A DNA stretch of 64,000 nucleotides from an uncultured virus (IMG/VR IMGVR_UViG_3300030107_003727) (lineage: Duplodnaviria > Heunggongvirae > Uroviricota > Caudoviricetes), in the IMG/VR virus record IMGVR_UViG_3300030107_003727; one strand, written 5' to 3'. A program made the translations under genes and the position numbers. The notes beneath the pieces were generated by a model. The model was not told the origin of the DNA. It was given only the letters and a program-made list of their open reading frames with translations, and ran no database searches. Shown piece after piece: positions 25,581-35,462 of this stretch (positions are counted from its first letter, which is position 1; each line of letters starts with the position of its first letter).

Positions 25581-26627
25581 ATGCTGACTCAACTGTTGTT
25601 GTTGCTGGTTGCCCAAAGCGGCCCCCCTGCTGATCCTGATTCGGTAGCCATGTGGGTTGACGATTTGGGGCGCTTGACCCCGTTTGGTCGGACCTTTGAC
25701 GTTTACATCCAGACCGGGTTTGATCCTGATTTCTCCTACCCCAACGGAGATCCACGCAGGCCGTACATGATCGGATGCACCCGTGGTTACGAGTCGCCAG
25801 CCCGTGCGTTCAGTTGGTCAATCATTGGCGACATATTCAAGAACCGAAGACCTGACGCTTATTACCCTTGGTTGGAGAACTGTCAAGAATGTATTGACTA
25901 CTGGAACCAAGACACCGGGATTCTTTGCCCCGGAGCGGGCGAGTATTGGGAGTGCATCCAAAACAACCCGTACCAACGGTGGATGTATATGGGTATGAAT
26001 TTCACCCCGATCAACTGGGTGTTTGAAGGACCGGAAGGGTGCTGCCCACGAACTGGTGACATGGTTGACTTGGAGTACTCATGGTGCGACTCGTGGATTC
26101 TGCACGGGGAGTTGGGCAAGAAGTATGGCAACCAGAATCAATACCGCTATCCGCTGGTGCAGCAGCAGCACAAGGATCTGCTGACTCCACGCGAGTCATA
26201 CAACCAAGTCGTCAAGGCTTGGGAGCCATTTCCTGTAGGACAGATTCCGGGTCAACAGTGCTGCTCTTCTCCATCGCAGAACGACTACGGCGACCTGATC
26301 CGATGGGACGCTGACGTTGATTGGATGAGTGAGAAGTGGCCCGGTTCGTTTCATATCGCTCGGCTCACTGGTCCCGATTCGTTCATATCTTCTGGCGTTG
26401 TCCGCTTTGCTTGTGGCAACGACCACCCGTGCGAACCGTCGCCATATCAAGTGTGCTACTACGCGGACAACTCCTGCCCGTCAGATTTAGACGAAAATGG
26501 TAGGGTTGGATACGAAGATTTATTGAAGGTGATTAGTGATGTTGCTGGTTATAAATACCACCCCCAGACCAACAACGGCATTAGCGCGATTATCAAGGTT
26601 CTTTCTGATTGGGGTGATTGTGGTTAA
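25581..26627 (+). CDS. Secreted Cys/Trp-rich protein with dockerin-like C-terminus
   Basis: Signal-like MLTQLLLLLVAQS; CPSDLDENGRVGYEDLL..VLSDWGDC. Confidence 0.7.
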   Translation: MLTQLLLLLVAQSGPPADPDSVAMWVDDLGRLTPFGRTFDVYIQTGFDPDFSYPNGDPRRPYMIGCTRGYESPARAFSWSIIGDIFKNRRPDAYYPWLENCQECIDYWNQDTGILCPGAGEYWECIQNNPYQRWMYMGMNFTPINWVFEGPEGCCPRTGDMVDLEYSWCDSWILHGELGKKYGNQNQYRYPLVQQQHKDLLTPRESYNQVVKAWEPFPVGQIPGQQCCSSPSQNDYGDLIRWDADVDWMSEKWPGSFHIARLTGPDSFISSGVVRFACGNDHPCEPSPYQVCYYADNSCPSDLDENGRVGYEDLLKVISDVAGYKYHPQTNNGISAIIKVLSDWGDCG

Positions 26628-26639
26628 AAGGATACGAAA

Positions 26640-27005
26640 ATGGCATCATTGAAAGAAAGATTTAAAACAAGTCTTAAGGCTATGGGGGCTGGAGCCAAGG
26701 AAGCAGGAAAAATTCTGACTGGCGGCGCAGGAGCGGCAGCACGGGCAGAGAAAAAGAAGAAGTTGCGTGCAGGCATGATGAAAGCCACGGGCCAGAGCAA
26801 AGATCAGTCTGCAAAAATCAAGCAGCGTACTGACATTGCTGCTAAACGCACCTCTGCCAAACGCAAGGATCGAACGAAGGCATACGTTGATGCAGTCAAA
26901 ACAGGTTTTGCGGCTGGAAAAAGTAGTGGCTTGATGAAAAAAGAAAAGAAGCCGCTGATGGCTGCCGCATTAGCCGGTGGTTTGATCGGTAAAAAGAAGA
27001 AGTGA
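26640..27005 (+). CDS. Lys/Ala-rich basic protein
   Basis: AAGGA RBS; composition. Confidence 0.65.
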   Translation: MASLKERFKTSLKAMGAGAKEAGKILTGGAGAAARAEKKKKLRAGMMKATGQSKDQSAKIKQRTDIAAKRTSAKRKDRTKAYVDAVKTGFAAGKSSGLMKKEKKPLMAAALAGGLIGKKKK

Positions 27006-27220
27006 GAAACTACAAACGTGAGTACAAGAAGTTCCACAGCAGCGTCAGCGCGAGAAAAGCGCGATCTCTGCGGGTCTTGGCTCGTCGCAAGAAAAAACTG
27101 AAGGTTGGCGACCCTCGGGAAGTGGATCACAAAACTCCACTGGCCAAGGGTGGCGGTAACGGCGCAAAAAATTTGCGCGTTGTAACCCGTGATGCCAACC
27201 GTAAAAAGGGCAAAAAGTGA
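27002..27220 (+). CDS. Small HNH endonuclease
   Basis: VDHKTPLAKGGGN..NLRVV..NRKK; upstream of terminase genes. Confidence 0.85.
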   Translation: MRNYKREYKKFHSSVSARKARSLRVLARRKKKLKVGDPREVDHKTPLAKGGGNGAKNLRVVTRDANRKKGKK

Positions 27221-27759
27221 ACAAAGCAGACATCAAGGCCCAGTTGACAGAACTGGGAGTCTGGGACAAATACTTAACACGCAGGGACAAATTGAAAGAG
27301 GAGGGCTTAGAGCCTAAAGAAGCATCAGCCAAGGCGTATGAGGAAGCCCTCTCTTTACAACCCGATAAAAGACCCGAACTTCCTAAAAAGGCGGCTCCGT
27401 GTCCGTACGCCGAACTTTCCCTCTCTGCCCCGCCGGGTAGTTGCACAGAGAGAGAGGCTGCGAACTTTGTCTTCGAGTACGCCGCCGTCCCAGTGGGTTC
27501 GATACCTAGAAGTGCTGTGCCGAGCAAAGGTGCAGTTGGTCTTCTCAAGTGGGTCCAAACTTCACCTTCAAACTCTGCAACTTTTTATTCTTCGATCTGG
27601 TCGAAGTTAATGCCTACCCGGCAGCAACTCGATGCTGAAGCGCGCTTTTCCGATGATGGCAGAGAGGAATTAGAAATCCTCTCCCGTCTGGAGGCTTCGC
27701 TTGAGCCAGAAGAAACACCAGTGCAAGTGCCGAGTGTGCCTGAAGGTTCTGCCGAGTAG
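27217..27759 (+). CDS. Putative terminase small subunit
   Basis: Size and position between HNH and TerL only. Confidence 0.5.
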   Translation: MNKADIKAQLTELGVWDKYLTRRDKLKEEGLEPKEASAKAYEEALSLQPDKRPELPKKAAPCPYAELSLSAPPGSCTEREAANFVFEYAAVPVGSIPRSAVPSKGAVGLLKWVQTSPSNSATFYSSIWSKLMPTRQQLDAEARFSDDGREELEILSRLEASLEPEETPVQVPSVPEGSAE

Positions 27760-28126
27760 GGAGTTTTCTTGGTCTACCAAGAAGAACGGTAAGTCCTATC
27801 CGGATCTAATCTGCAAGGAGTGTCGAAGATGGGAAAAGATCAAGAAGAAGTACGGCATGACCAAGGAGATGTGGTGGGATCTGTGGGACCAGCAGGGGGG
27901 GAGAGACCCAGTGACCGGCCAAAAACTGGACCCAAAAACTTGCCATGTGGATCACTGTCACCGGACTGGTCAGATTCGTGGCTTGCTGAACGGCTCTACC
28001 AACAGAGGCTTGGGATATCTGGGAGACTGCGCAGAGAACCTGAAGAGGGCGATTGACTATCTCGAATCACCAGTACAACCATCTTGTTCCACAGACGCTA
28101 CGGGAGAATCTGAACTTCCGGCGTGA
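27701..28126 (+). CDS. Endonuclease VII-like protein
   Basis: KYGMT..QGG..HVDHCH.TGQIRGLL..N.GLG.LGD..AIDYL; GGAGG RBS. Confidence 0.85.
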   Translation: MSQKKHQCKCRVCLKVLPSREFSWSTKKNGKSYPDLICKECRRWEKIKKKYGMTKEMWWDLWDQQGGRDPVTGQKLDPKTCHVDHCHRTGQIRGLLNGSTNRGLGYLGDCAENLKRAIDYLESPVQPSCSTDATGESELPA

Positions 28127-29783
28127 GTTGTTGCAAGCGGCTGCCGGTAGCCCAGAGACACAGGCAGAACTGTGGAAAATGTGCAACCGCGACATCTTTT
28201 TCTACATCAACGCTTTCGGCTATACCCTCGACCCTCGGCTAGAACCAGCCGCTCGCCCTTTCATTTTATACCCGTTTCAGGAAGAGGCGATTGACGCAAT
28301 GGTTGAGTCAATCGAGACAGGCCATGACCTAGCCATGGTCAAGTCTCGGGACATGGGTGCGTCATGGCTTTCGACAACAGTGTTCGCTTGGTACTGGCAC
28401 TTCAAGCCGCTGAAGTCGCTTCTTCTTGTCAGCCGTAAAGAGGGTTTGGTAGATTCACCGGGGAACAGCGCAAGCCTGTTCTCCAAGATTGACTTTTTCT
28501 TGGAACACTTACCCGGATGGCTTGTGCCTAACTACACCAGAACCAAGTTGAGGTTGACCAATGACGACAACGGAAGTGCCATCACTGGCGAATCTACCAC
28601 GGGTGATGTGGCACGGGGTGACCGTAAGACCTGCATCGCGCTTGATGAGTTTGCGTCAGTGGAAAATGGTGGTCAGGTTCTCGCTGCGACCGCTGATGCA
28701 ACTAACAGCCGATGGTTCATTAGCACCCCGAAGGGTTCGGGCAACGTGTTCTATGACATTGTGCATTCAAAGAGGACAAAAACGCTCGAATTTCACTGGA
28801 CTCAAGATCCACGAAAGAATTCAGGTTTGGAATATGGCCCAGATGGGAAGCCTACTTCACCGTGGTACAGGAAAGAAGTGCAGCGGCGTACGCACCCAGT
28901 TGAAATAGCGCAAGAACTTGATCTTGACTTTGCGGGTTCTGAGTACCTGTTTTTCCCACAAGAAGTATTGGAAAAAGCAAATGCAAACATCAAACCGCCA
29001 CTCAGGTGTGTATCAGTGGAGCATGACCAATCGGGCCGTCTACTCAGCGTCTCAACGCATCCAAAAGCACCTCTCCAACTCTGGGTTGAATTGGATGAAA
29101 GAAACAATCCGCCACTGGATTGTGACTATGTGGTCGGAGCCGACATTGCAGCCGGAACGGGGAGCAGTAACTCTGTTGCTACGGTGGTCCGGCGCAAGGA
29201 CGGAGAAAAGGTTGCAGAATTCTGTTCTGCGAATATGCGTCCAGACCAGTTTGCTCGGGCTGTCGTGGCGATATGTAGGATGTTCCGGGGCAAAAGCGAG
29301 ACGGGGGCGTATTTAATCTGGGAGGCAAACGGGCCGGGGCGCATCTTTGGAGATGTTGTCATGGAAATCGGGTACGGGCATGTCTACTACCGCCGTAACG
29401 AAAAGTCAATTTCATCCAAAACCAGCGACATCCCCGGCTGGTACAGCACCAAAGAAGAGAAAATTGCGCTTTTAGGAAATTACCGAAGGCTGCTGTCCAA
29501 CGGAAAGTTCATTAACCGTAGCCGTGAAGCCTTGAAAGAGTGCCTTGAGTACGTTTTCACACAGGCTGGCGGCGTAGTCCATAGCCGCTCACGGAACGGT
29601 CTTGACCCGTCTGGTGCAAAAGACAACCACGGCGACCGGGTTATTGCGGACAGTTTGGCTGCAAAGTTGATTGAAACTGCTCCTGCTCCGATGATAAAAG
29701 AGGCGAAGCAGTCTGAGTATGGCAGTTTGGCGCACCGGCGCGAATCTAGGAAAAATAGCAGGAAGAAGGCTAAACAATGGTAA
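28053..29783 (+). CDS. terL: Terminase large subunit
   Basis: KSRDMGASW Walker A, ALDEFA Walker B, STPKG, GADIAAG and HGDRV nuclease motifs. Confidence 0.93.
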   Translation: MTISNHQYNHLVPQTLRENLNFRRELLQAAAGSPETQAELWKMCNRDIFFYINAFGYTLDPRLEPAARPFILYPFQEEAIDAMVESIETGHDLAMVKSRDMGASWLSTTVFAWYWHFKPLKSLLLVSRKEGLVDSPGNSASLFSKIDFFLEHLPGWLVPNYTRTKLRLTNDDNGSAITGESTTGDVARGDRKTCIALDEFASVENGGQVLAATADATNSRWFISTPKGSGNVFYDIVHSKRTKTLEFHWTQDPRKNSGLEYGPDGKPTSPWYRKEVQRRTHPVEIAQELDLDFAGSEYLFFPQEVLEKANANIKPPLRCVSVEHDQSGRLLSVSTHPKAPLQLWVELDERNNPPLDCDYVVGADIAAGTGSSNSVATVVRRKDGEKVAEFCSANMRPDQFARAVVAICRMFRGKSETGAYLIWEANGPGRIFGDVVMEIGYGHVYYRRNEKSISSKTSDIPGWYSTKEEKIALLGNYRRLLSNGKFINRSREALKECLEYVFTQAGGVVHSRSRNGLDPSGAKDNHGDRVIADSLAAKLIETAPAPMIKEAKQSEYGSLAHRRESRKNSRKKAKQW

Positions 29784-31549
29784 ACATCGGCAACATCAAG
29801 GCTGCACGATTAATTAGCGCGGTAAACCACAGCCGTCGTCGGTTGGAGCCATACCGTGTTCGCCGTTTAGCCGCAGTGCGAGAGTACGTCGGTCGCAACT
29901 ACTCAGATTCAGGCGCAGCAGACCGCGTGCCGGTCAACTTTATCGAGTTGGCAATCAACATTTACTCACGACAACTGGCTTCACGACGACCTGTCGTCAA
30001 CATTTCAACGAAGCAAAAAGACTTGCGCATTTTTGCCAAAGAATTTGAGTATGCCGTCAACCACCTGCTCAAAGAAATGAACTTTGAAACAACCCTGCGA
30101 ACAGCAACTATTGATGCTTTGTTTAGCATGGGTATTGTCAAAGTAGGTATTGCCGAGTCCGCAAAACCTATGCGCGGTTTCTTGCAGCGCGCTGGTCAGC
30201 CTTTTGCGGAGCCGGTCCCCCTTGACGATTGGGTACACGACATGAATTCGCAGAGGATGGACGAATGTTCATTCATGGGCAACCGTTTTCGCCTGCCTCT
30301 GCAAACCGTCAAAGAGTCAGACCTGTACACAGACACTGAAGATTTGCAGGCAGTAAGAAGATCAAGAAGCAATGAAACGGGCGACCCGAAAACATTTAGC
30401 CTCGGCAATGAAACGGCTTACGACAAAGACGAAGCGTACGAGTACGCGGAACTCTGGGAATTGTGGCTGCCGCAAGAAGGCAAAATAGTTACCTTTGCTG
30501 CTGACGACACGGGCGCGCCGCACAAGTTGATTCGAGAAGTTAACTACGACGGACCAGCCGAAGGGCCGTACCATTTTCTCACCTTCTCTGATGTTCCCGG
30601 CAACACCATGCCGCTGCCTCCAGTTGCAACTTTGATTGATTTGCACGAACTTGGCAACACCTTGTTCCGCAAACTGGGTCGTCAAGCCGAGCGGCAAAAA
30701 GACATTGTTGGATTCCGTGGCTCGGCAGAAGGTGATGCAAAAAATCTGCAAAACGCAGCAGACGGTGAACTCATCCGTATGGATGACCCGGACGCGCTTA
30801 AAACCTACAAGTTTGGTGGAATTGACCAGCAAACGCTTGGGTTTTTGCTGCAAACCAAAAATCTCTTTACATACTTTGGCGGCAACCTCGACACTCTTGG
30901 TGGCCTCGGAGCGCAGGCCGACACGCTTGGTCAGGACAAAATGATTTCACAATCTGCGTCGAACCGCGTGTCAGACATGCAGTCGCAGGTTGTTGACTTT
31001 GTCACGCAAGTTGCAACATCTTTGTCGCACTACCTGTTTCAAGACGATCTTGTGCAAATGGAGTTGGAAAAAACTATTGGCAAATCAGGCGAAATTAAAG
31101 TGCCGTTTGTCTTTAATAAATCCCGACGTGAGGGTGAATTCGTCAACTATGTCATTGACGTGCAGCCTCACACGTTACAGCAGTCCACCCCCGGCATGAA
31201 GTTGCAGGCGTTGACGCAAATCATGGGCCAGTTTATAAACCCACTCATGCCGATGATGCAGCAACAAGGTTTGGCTATCGACGTTCGTGCGCTCGTTGGA
31301 ATGCTTGGTGAGTACACGCAAATGCCTGACATCAGTCAGTTGGTTGTAGACTCTAAGCAGGGAACGCCGGTGCAAACTGAACGCGACCAAGCAGCAAACA
31401 AATCCGTGAACAAGCGCACTGAATCAGTCAGAGTCAACAAGCCCGGCGCAACACAGCAGGGCCAAGACCAAATGATGAGCCGCTTACTTTTGACAGGAAA
31501 AGGCGTGCAAGACAGTGAAGCCGCCTCAATCATGCGACCGAGTGACTAA
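29777..31549 (+). CDS. Portal protein
   Basis: 590 aa directly after TerL; GIVKVG motif; Q/M-rich C-terminus. Confidence 0.8.
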   Translation: MVNIGNIKAARLISAVNHSRRRLEPYRVRRLAAVREYVGRNYSDSGAADRVPVNFIELAINIYSRQLASRRPVVNISTKQKDLRIFAKEFEYAVNHLLKEMNFETTLRTATIDALFSMGIVKVGIAESAKPMRGFLQRAGQPFAEPVPLDDWVHDMNSQRMDECSFMGNRFRLPLQTVKESDLYTDTEDLQAVRRSRSNETGDPKTFSLGNETAYDKDEAYEYAELWELWLPQEGKIVTFAADDTGAPHKLIREVNYDGPAEGPYHFLTFSDVPGNTMPLPPVATLIDLHELGNTLFRKLGRQAERQKDIVGFRGSAEGDAKNLQNAADGELIRMDDPDALKTYKFGGIDQQTLGFLLQTKNLFTYFGGNLDTLGGLGAQADTLGQDKMISQSASNRVSDMQSQVVDFVTQVATSLSHYLFQDDLVQMELEKTIGKSGEIKVPFVFNKSRREGEFVNYVIDVQPHTLQQSTPGMKLQALTQIMGQFINPLMPMMQQQGLAIDVRALVGMLGEYTQMPDISQLVVDSKQGTPVQTERDQAANKSVNKRTESVRVNKPGATQQGQDQMMSRLLLTGKGVQDSEAASIMRPSD

Positions 31550-31908
31550 TGCCTACATACTGCTACGAAAAGCCTAACGGTGAAATCATTGAAAAAATTA
31601 TGACCATCTCTGAGATGGAGGCGTTTGACAAAAGCCCGGTTCTTGACGGTGAAACCCTCAAGCGTCGGGTCGATGTTGAAATGCGTGGTCACAGTGATGT
31701 CAACGATGTATGGCGGCAGCCGATCATGTCGGAGGGGGCGGGCTGCCACCCAACACAAATCAACGAAATGAAACAACATGCCGCCAAACATGGGGTCAAT
31801 ACTGACTACACCAAGGATGGGCGGGCAATCTTTACGAGCCGTGCGCAGCGTGCAGCGCACCTAAAGGCTTTTAACATGCACGACAGGAATGGCGGCTATG
31901 GCGACTGA
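31549..31908 (+). CDS. Small FmdB-like protein
   Basis: MPTYCY N-terminus; position between portal and scaffold. Confidence 0.5.
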   Translation: MPTYCYEKPNGEIIEKIMTISEMEAFDKSPVLDGETLKRRVDVEMRGHSDVNDVWRQPIMSEGAGCHPTQINEMKQHAAKHGVNTDYTKDGRAIFTSRAQRAAHLKAFNMHDRNGGYGD

Positions 31909-32815
31909 CGAAAACATCGAAGCATCAGAAGGCGAAGAAGTTGTCGAAGAGGCAATGACCCCAGAAGAGCAGTTGGAGGATCAATTAGACTTTGATGATC
32001 CAGAAGATGACATCCAACAAGAAGCCCTTCAAGACTACATCGAGGACAAAAACTCTGAAGAAGAGCAAGAGCCGGTTGAGGAAAATCCTGAAGTAGAGGA
32101 TTTGATGCAAGCCGCTTTAGACGTAGGTCTTGAGCCGGACGACATTGACCAACTTGGTTCAATTGAGGCAATTCAAAATTACATTGACATTGCACAACGA
32201 CAAATGAAGGAAGTTGAGGCTGACGAGGAAGAAGAACGCCCAGACTTTTCTTTGGATTACGAACTGCCGGAAAACACCCCCGACAACGTCAAAGAGGCGG
32301 TTGAGGGGCTGGTTTCTAAACTTGAAGAAAAACTTGCCGGTTTTGAGCGAGTATTCGGAGAGTTTGAAGATATTCAAGAATCTGCACAAATTGAGCAATC
32401 AGAGGCTCAGTTCGATCAGATGATTGAGGATGTGGGTTCTAATTTTTCAGGGCTGTTCGGCTCTGGACCCACTGAGGAATTGGCTGACGACAGCCCTTAC
32501 CTCGAAAACCGAGTCCTCTTGATCGAGGAAATGAACGCCCTTGCTGCTGGTTATGAGGCTCAAGGGCGAGATGTGCCAGATGAGGGTGTCCTCATGCAAA
32601 AGGCAATCGCCAGTGCGTTCACACAAGATCGAGATGCCTTGGCGGCACAGCAAATGCGCAGTGCCATTGACAGTCGCCGCGATGCGTTCACAGCGTCCCC
32701 GACTCAACGACGCGGAAGAGCCATGTCCCCAGAGGCGGCTGCGAAGCATTCGGTGAGATCGTACATGGAACAGGCTGGACTGCTGAACGGGATTGACGAC
32801 CCCCAAGACTTCTAA
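31898..32815 (+). CDS. Capsid scaffolding protein
   Basis: Highly acidic, helical, immediately before capsid gene. Confidence 0.7.
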   Translation: MATDENIEASEGEEVVEEAMTPEEQLEDQLDFDDPEDDIQQEALQDYIEDKNSEEEQEPVEENPEVEDLMQAALDVGLEPDDIDQLGSIEAIQNYIDIAQRQMKEVEADEEEERPDFSLDYELPENTPDNVKEAVEGLVSKLEEKLAGFERVFGEFEDIQESAQIEQSEAQFDQMIEDVGSNFSGLFGSGPTEELADDSPYLENRVLLIEEMNALAAGYEAQGRDVPDEGVLMQKAIASAFTQDRDALAAQQMRSAIDSRRDAFTASPTQRRGRAMSPEAAAKHSVRSYMEQAGLLNGIDDPQDF

Positions 32816-32834
32816 CCTTTAGAGAGGTAATCAC

Positions 32835-33878
32835 ATGGCTCTACAAGCCGCACAAATTGCTGATTTGATTACCGTGACTCTGCGGGATCTTGGCCGTCTG
32901 AAGTTTACTGAGATTGCGTCTACCCTTACGGATTACGTCGCTCTCCCAAACATTCTTCAGAAGCACAAGGTTCAGTACCAATCCGGTCACGGGATTCAAT
33001 GGAATGTCATGTTTGCTCAGTCCGATGCCGCTAAGAACGTCGGTCTGTACGAATCTGACAATGTAAACATCGCAGACATTATGACCACGGCAAACATTCC
33101 GTGGCGACACTGCACCACCAACTACGCTTTCGAGCGTCGTGAGATTCAGATGAACAGCAATCCTGCACGGATTGTTGAACTCGTCAAGACTCGCCGTGCA
33201 GACGCGATGTTGTCTCTTGCTGAACTGATGGAAACCAACCTTTGGTCCGCACCATCTGCTTCTAGCGACAGCCTCAAACCATTCGGTATTCCACACTGGA
33301 TTCAGGCTCCTACCAACGGCCAAGAAGGCTTCCTTGGTAAGAACCCATCTGGATTTAGTGATGGTGCTGGCGGTATCGACGCTGATCTTGAGAAGTTCTC
33401 TGGCTGGCGAAACTACGTCGCTGACTACACGAACATCAACAAGACTGACTTGGTCCGTAAGTGGCGTAAGGCTGCTGTCTTCACCAACTTTAAGTCTCCT
33501 GTCCCACACGCTTCCTACAACACCGGCAACAACTACGGCTACTACACCAACTACGCCGTGATTGGTCGATTGGAAGAGGTGCTTGAGGCCCAGAACGACA
33601 ACCTCGGAAACGACATTGCTTCCAAGGATGGACTTCTCCACTTCCGTCAAAACCCTGTTGTCTATGTTCCTAAACTGGACGCAGAAACTACTAACCCGAT
33701 CTACGGCATCAACTGGGGTGTTCTCAAGCCTGTCTTCCTGTCCGGTGAATGGATGAAGGAAGAAGGACCGAACAGCGTTCCCGGTCAACACACCACGTTC
33801 CAAGTCTTCGTTGACTGCACTTTGAACTACATGTGTACTGATCGTCGTCGTCTCTTCCGTTTGGAAACGATTTCTTAA
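32835..33878 (+). CDS. Major capsid protein
   Basis: 347 aa after scaffold; GAGGT RBS; strong codon bias. Confidence 0.8.
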   Translation: MALQAAQIADLITVTLRDLGRLKFTEIASTLTDYVALPNILQKHKVQYQSGHGIQWNVMFAQSDAAKNVGLYESDNVNIADIMTTANIPWRHCTTNYAFERREIQMNSNPARIVELVKTRRADAMLSLAELMETNLWSAPSASSDSLKPFGIPHWIQAPTNGQEGFLGKNPSGFSDGAGGIDADLEKFSGWRNYVADYTNINKTDLVRKWRKAAVFTNFKSPVPHASYNTGNNYGYYTNYAVIGRLEEVLEAQNDNLGNDIASKDGLLHFRQNPVVYVPKLDAETTNPIYGINWGVLKPVFLSGEWMKEEGPNSVPGQHTTFQVFVDCTLNYMCTDRRRLFRLETIS

Positions 33879-33892
33879 GGAAGGAATGAATA

Positions 33893-34654
33893 ATGACTGT
33901 TCGATATGATTCTGGAATGGCTGGGGGCTTCGCGTTCCCAATTACTACTCCGCAACGACAATTCCAAATCTTTGAGGATTTTGTCGGTGCGCAGAACTTC
34001 GACACTGATGAGACTGTGACCGTAACTGCGGCAACGTCAGGAACCATCGCTAAGGACATTAGTGTCCACGGCGGCGCGGTCCTGCTTGACGCTGGTGCAG
34101 CCACAACAAGTCAGGGTGTGAACGTGCAATTCAACGACGGGATTGTTCTCGACGAAGCGGGCGACCTCTTCTTCGAGTGCCGTGTGCGATTTGCTACTAC
34201 CGCTGGAACTTCGACCCTTACCGATGAAATGTTCATTGGTTTGGCTGAAGTTGACACTGCTGTGATTGCAAGTGACGCAATGGTTGACAAGTCTTTCCTT
34301 GGCTTCTCAACCTGCTCTACTGGCGACCCCACCACCACCGATGGCTACATCCAGTTGGCAGGAAACATTTCCTCCAGCGGGACCGGCACAGGTGCAGGTG
34401 CAACCCACATCAAAATTGACACTGCTGCTAACAGCGGCGTTGGTGTTGACGATTTTGTGCGGTTGGGCATTGTGGTCCGCAACGGTGAGGCGCAAGCATT
34501 TGTGAACGGTGAAAAGGTTGGAGCAAAAATCTCTAACCTTCCAACCAGCAACGTGCTTCTTCCAACACTCGTTTGCCAAGCGGACGGCGTTCGCGGAAAA
34601 TACATCGTGGATTACTTCATGGTGTCTTCCGGTCGTTCTTCTACCGCCCTCTAA
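33893..34654 (+). CDS. Putative capsid decoration protein
   Basis: Beta-rich, G/T/A-rich, follows capsid gene. Confidence 0.5.
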   Translation: MTVRYDSGMAGGFAFPITTPQRQFQIFEDFVGAQNFDTDETVTVTAATSGTIAKDISVHGGAVLLDAGAATTSQGVNVQFNDGIVLDEAGDLFFECRVRFATTAGTSTLTDEMFIGLAEVDTAVIASDAMVDKSFLGFSTCSTGDPTTTDGYIQLAGNISSSGTGTGAGATHIKIDTAANSGVGVDDFVRLGIVVRNGEAQAFVNGEKVGAKISNLPTSNVLLPTLVCQADGVRGKYIVDYFMVSSGRSSTAL

Positions 34655-34668
34655 TCTAGGAGTCTGAC

Positions 34669-34821
34669 ATGCCGAAATACAAAGGCAAACAGTATTCCTA
34701 CGATGCCAAGGGAAAATCAGCAATGAAGCGTGACATGATGGCTGACGCAAAAGGAGGCAAGTCCTCCAAGAAGTCAGCAATGATGGACCGTTTGAAAATG
34801 CTGAAGAAGAAGAAGATGTAA
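34669..34821 (+). CDS. 50-aa Lys/Met-rich protein (not in ORF track)
   Basis: AGGAG RBS; MPKYKGKQYSYDAKG..LKKKKM; stop overlaps next start. Confidence 0.7.
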   Translation: MPKYKGKQYSYDAKGKSAMKRDMMADAKGGKSSKKSAMMDRLKMLKKKKM

Positions 34822-35042
34822 TGGAATGGCAGATCCCGCTTGCGATTGGCAACATAGTTGTCGTAGTAGGTGGGGTGGTCTGGGCATTTGCTAGGCTTTC
34901 TGCAAGTATGGCAACTTTGACAAGGAGCATTGAGCGTCTTGACAACACAGTTGAAAATCTTGCAAAGCACAGCGTGGATCTTCGTATCCGTGTGTCTGCT
35001 CTTGAGTCTCGCGTCATGCAAGACCAACCCGCTGATTCCTGA
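34821..35042 (+). CDS. Small membrane protein (holin/spanin-like)
   Basis: N-terminal TM plus coiled coil. Confidence 0.55.
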   Translation: MEWQIPLAIGNIVVVVGGVVWAFARLSASMATLTRSIERLDNTVENLAKHSVDLRIRVSALESRVMQDQPADS

Positions 35043-35415
35043 TCTTCCGATCTCGGAGGTGGCAACATCTCCCCCTTTACAAACTCCCCTCGACCCACTC
35101 GTTTGGGTCGGGGGGATTTCAATACTGGGCGGATTGGTGCTGATGACCGTAACTCGGTTCATTGGCCTGCCGCTCAGGGGCGCACTTCCGATGATTACAG
35201 GGGTGGGCCTAATTCTGCTGGCGTTCATCGTGGAGCGCTACGCGGACTACATCCTGCTCCCCACGGCGATAGCCAGCGGCGTGGTGGCAACAGCAACGGT
35301 TCTTGGTTCTGGCTGGAAATTATGGAAACACAAATGGATTCTATTTCCTCGTGGATCGACTCGTTCTTCGCCAGCACCGGAGCATTCTTCTTCTTCTACG
35401 TCGTCGGAGCCGTAA
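34930..35415 (+). CDS. Putative lipoprotein with membrane segments (start uncertain)
   Basis: LLSLASC lipobox-like motif; three hydrophobic segments. Confidence 0.55.
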   Translation: MSVLTTQLKILQSTAWIFVSVCLLLSLASCKTNPLIPDLPISEVATSPPLQTPLDPLVWVGGISILGGLVLMTVTRFIGLPLRGALPMITGVGLILLAFIVERYADYILLPTAIASGVVATATVLGSGWKLWKHKWILFPRGSTRSSPAPEHSSSSTSSEP

Positions 35416-35462
35416 CTGGCCGTCCGTTGTTTGATTGGGTAATGAGCAAGGTCCGCAGGTAA
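35334..35462 (+). CDS. Small single-TM protein
   Basis: MDSISSWIDSFFASTGAFFFFYVVGAV..; stop abuts next start. Confidence 0.5.
   Translation: MDSISSWIDSFFASTGAFFFFYVVGAVTGRPLFDWVMSKVRR

Noticed and set aside
27701..28126. Group I intron carrying the endonuclease
   Set aside because: Flanking genes appear intact and overlap it directly, leaving no room for intron core structure
32841..33941. 366-aa antisense ORF over the capsid gene
   Set aside because: Shadow ORF expected from strong codon bias; no motifs
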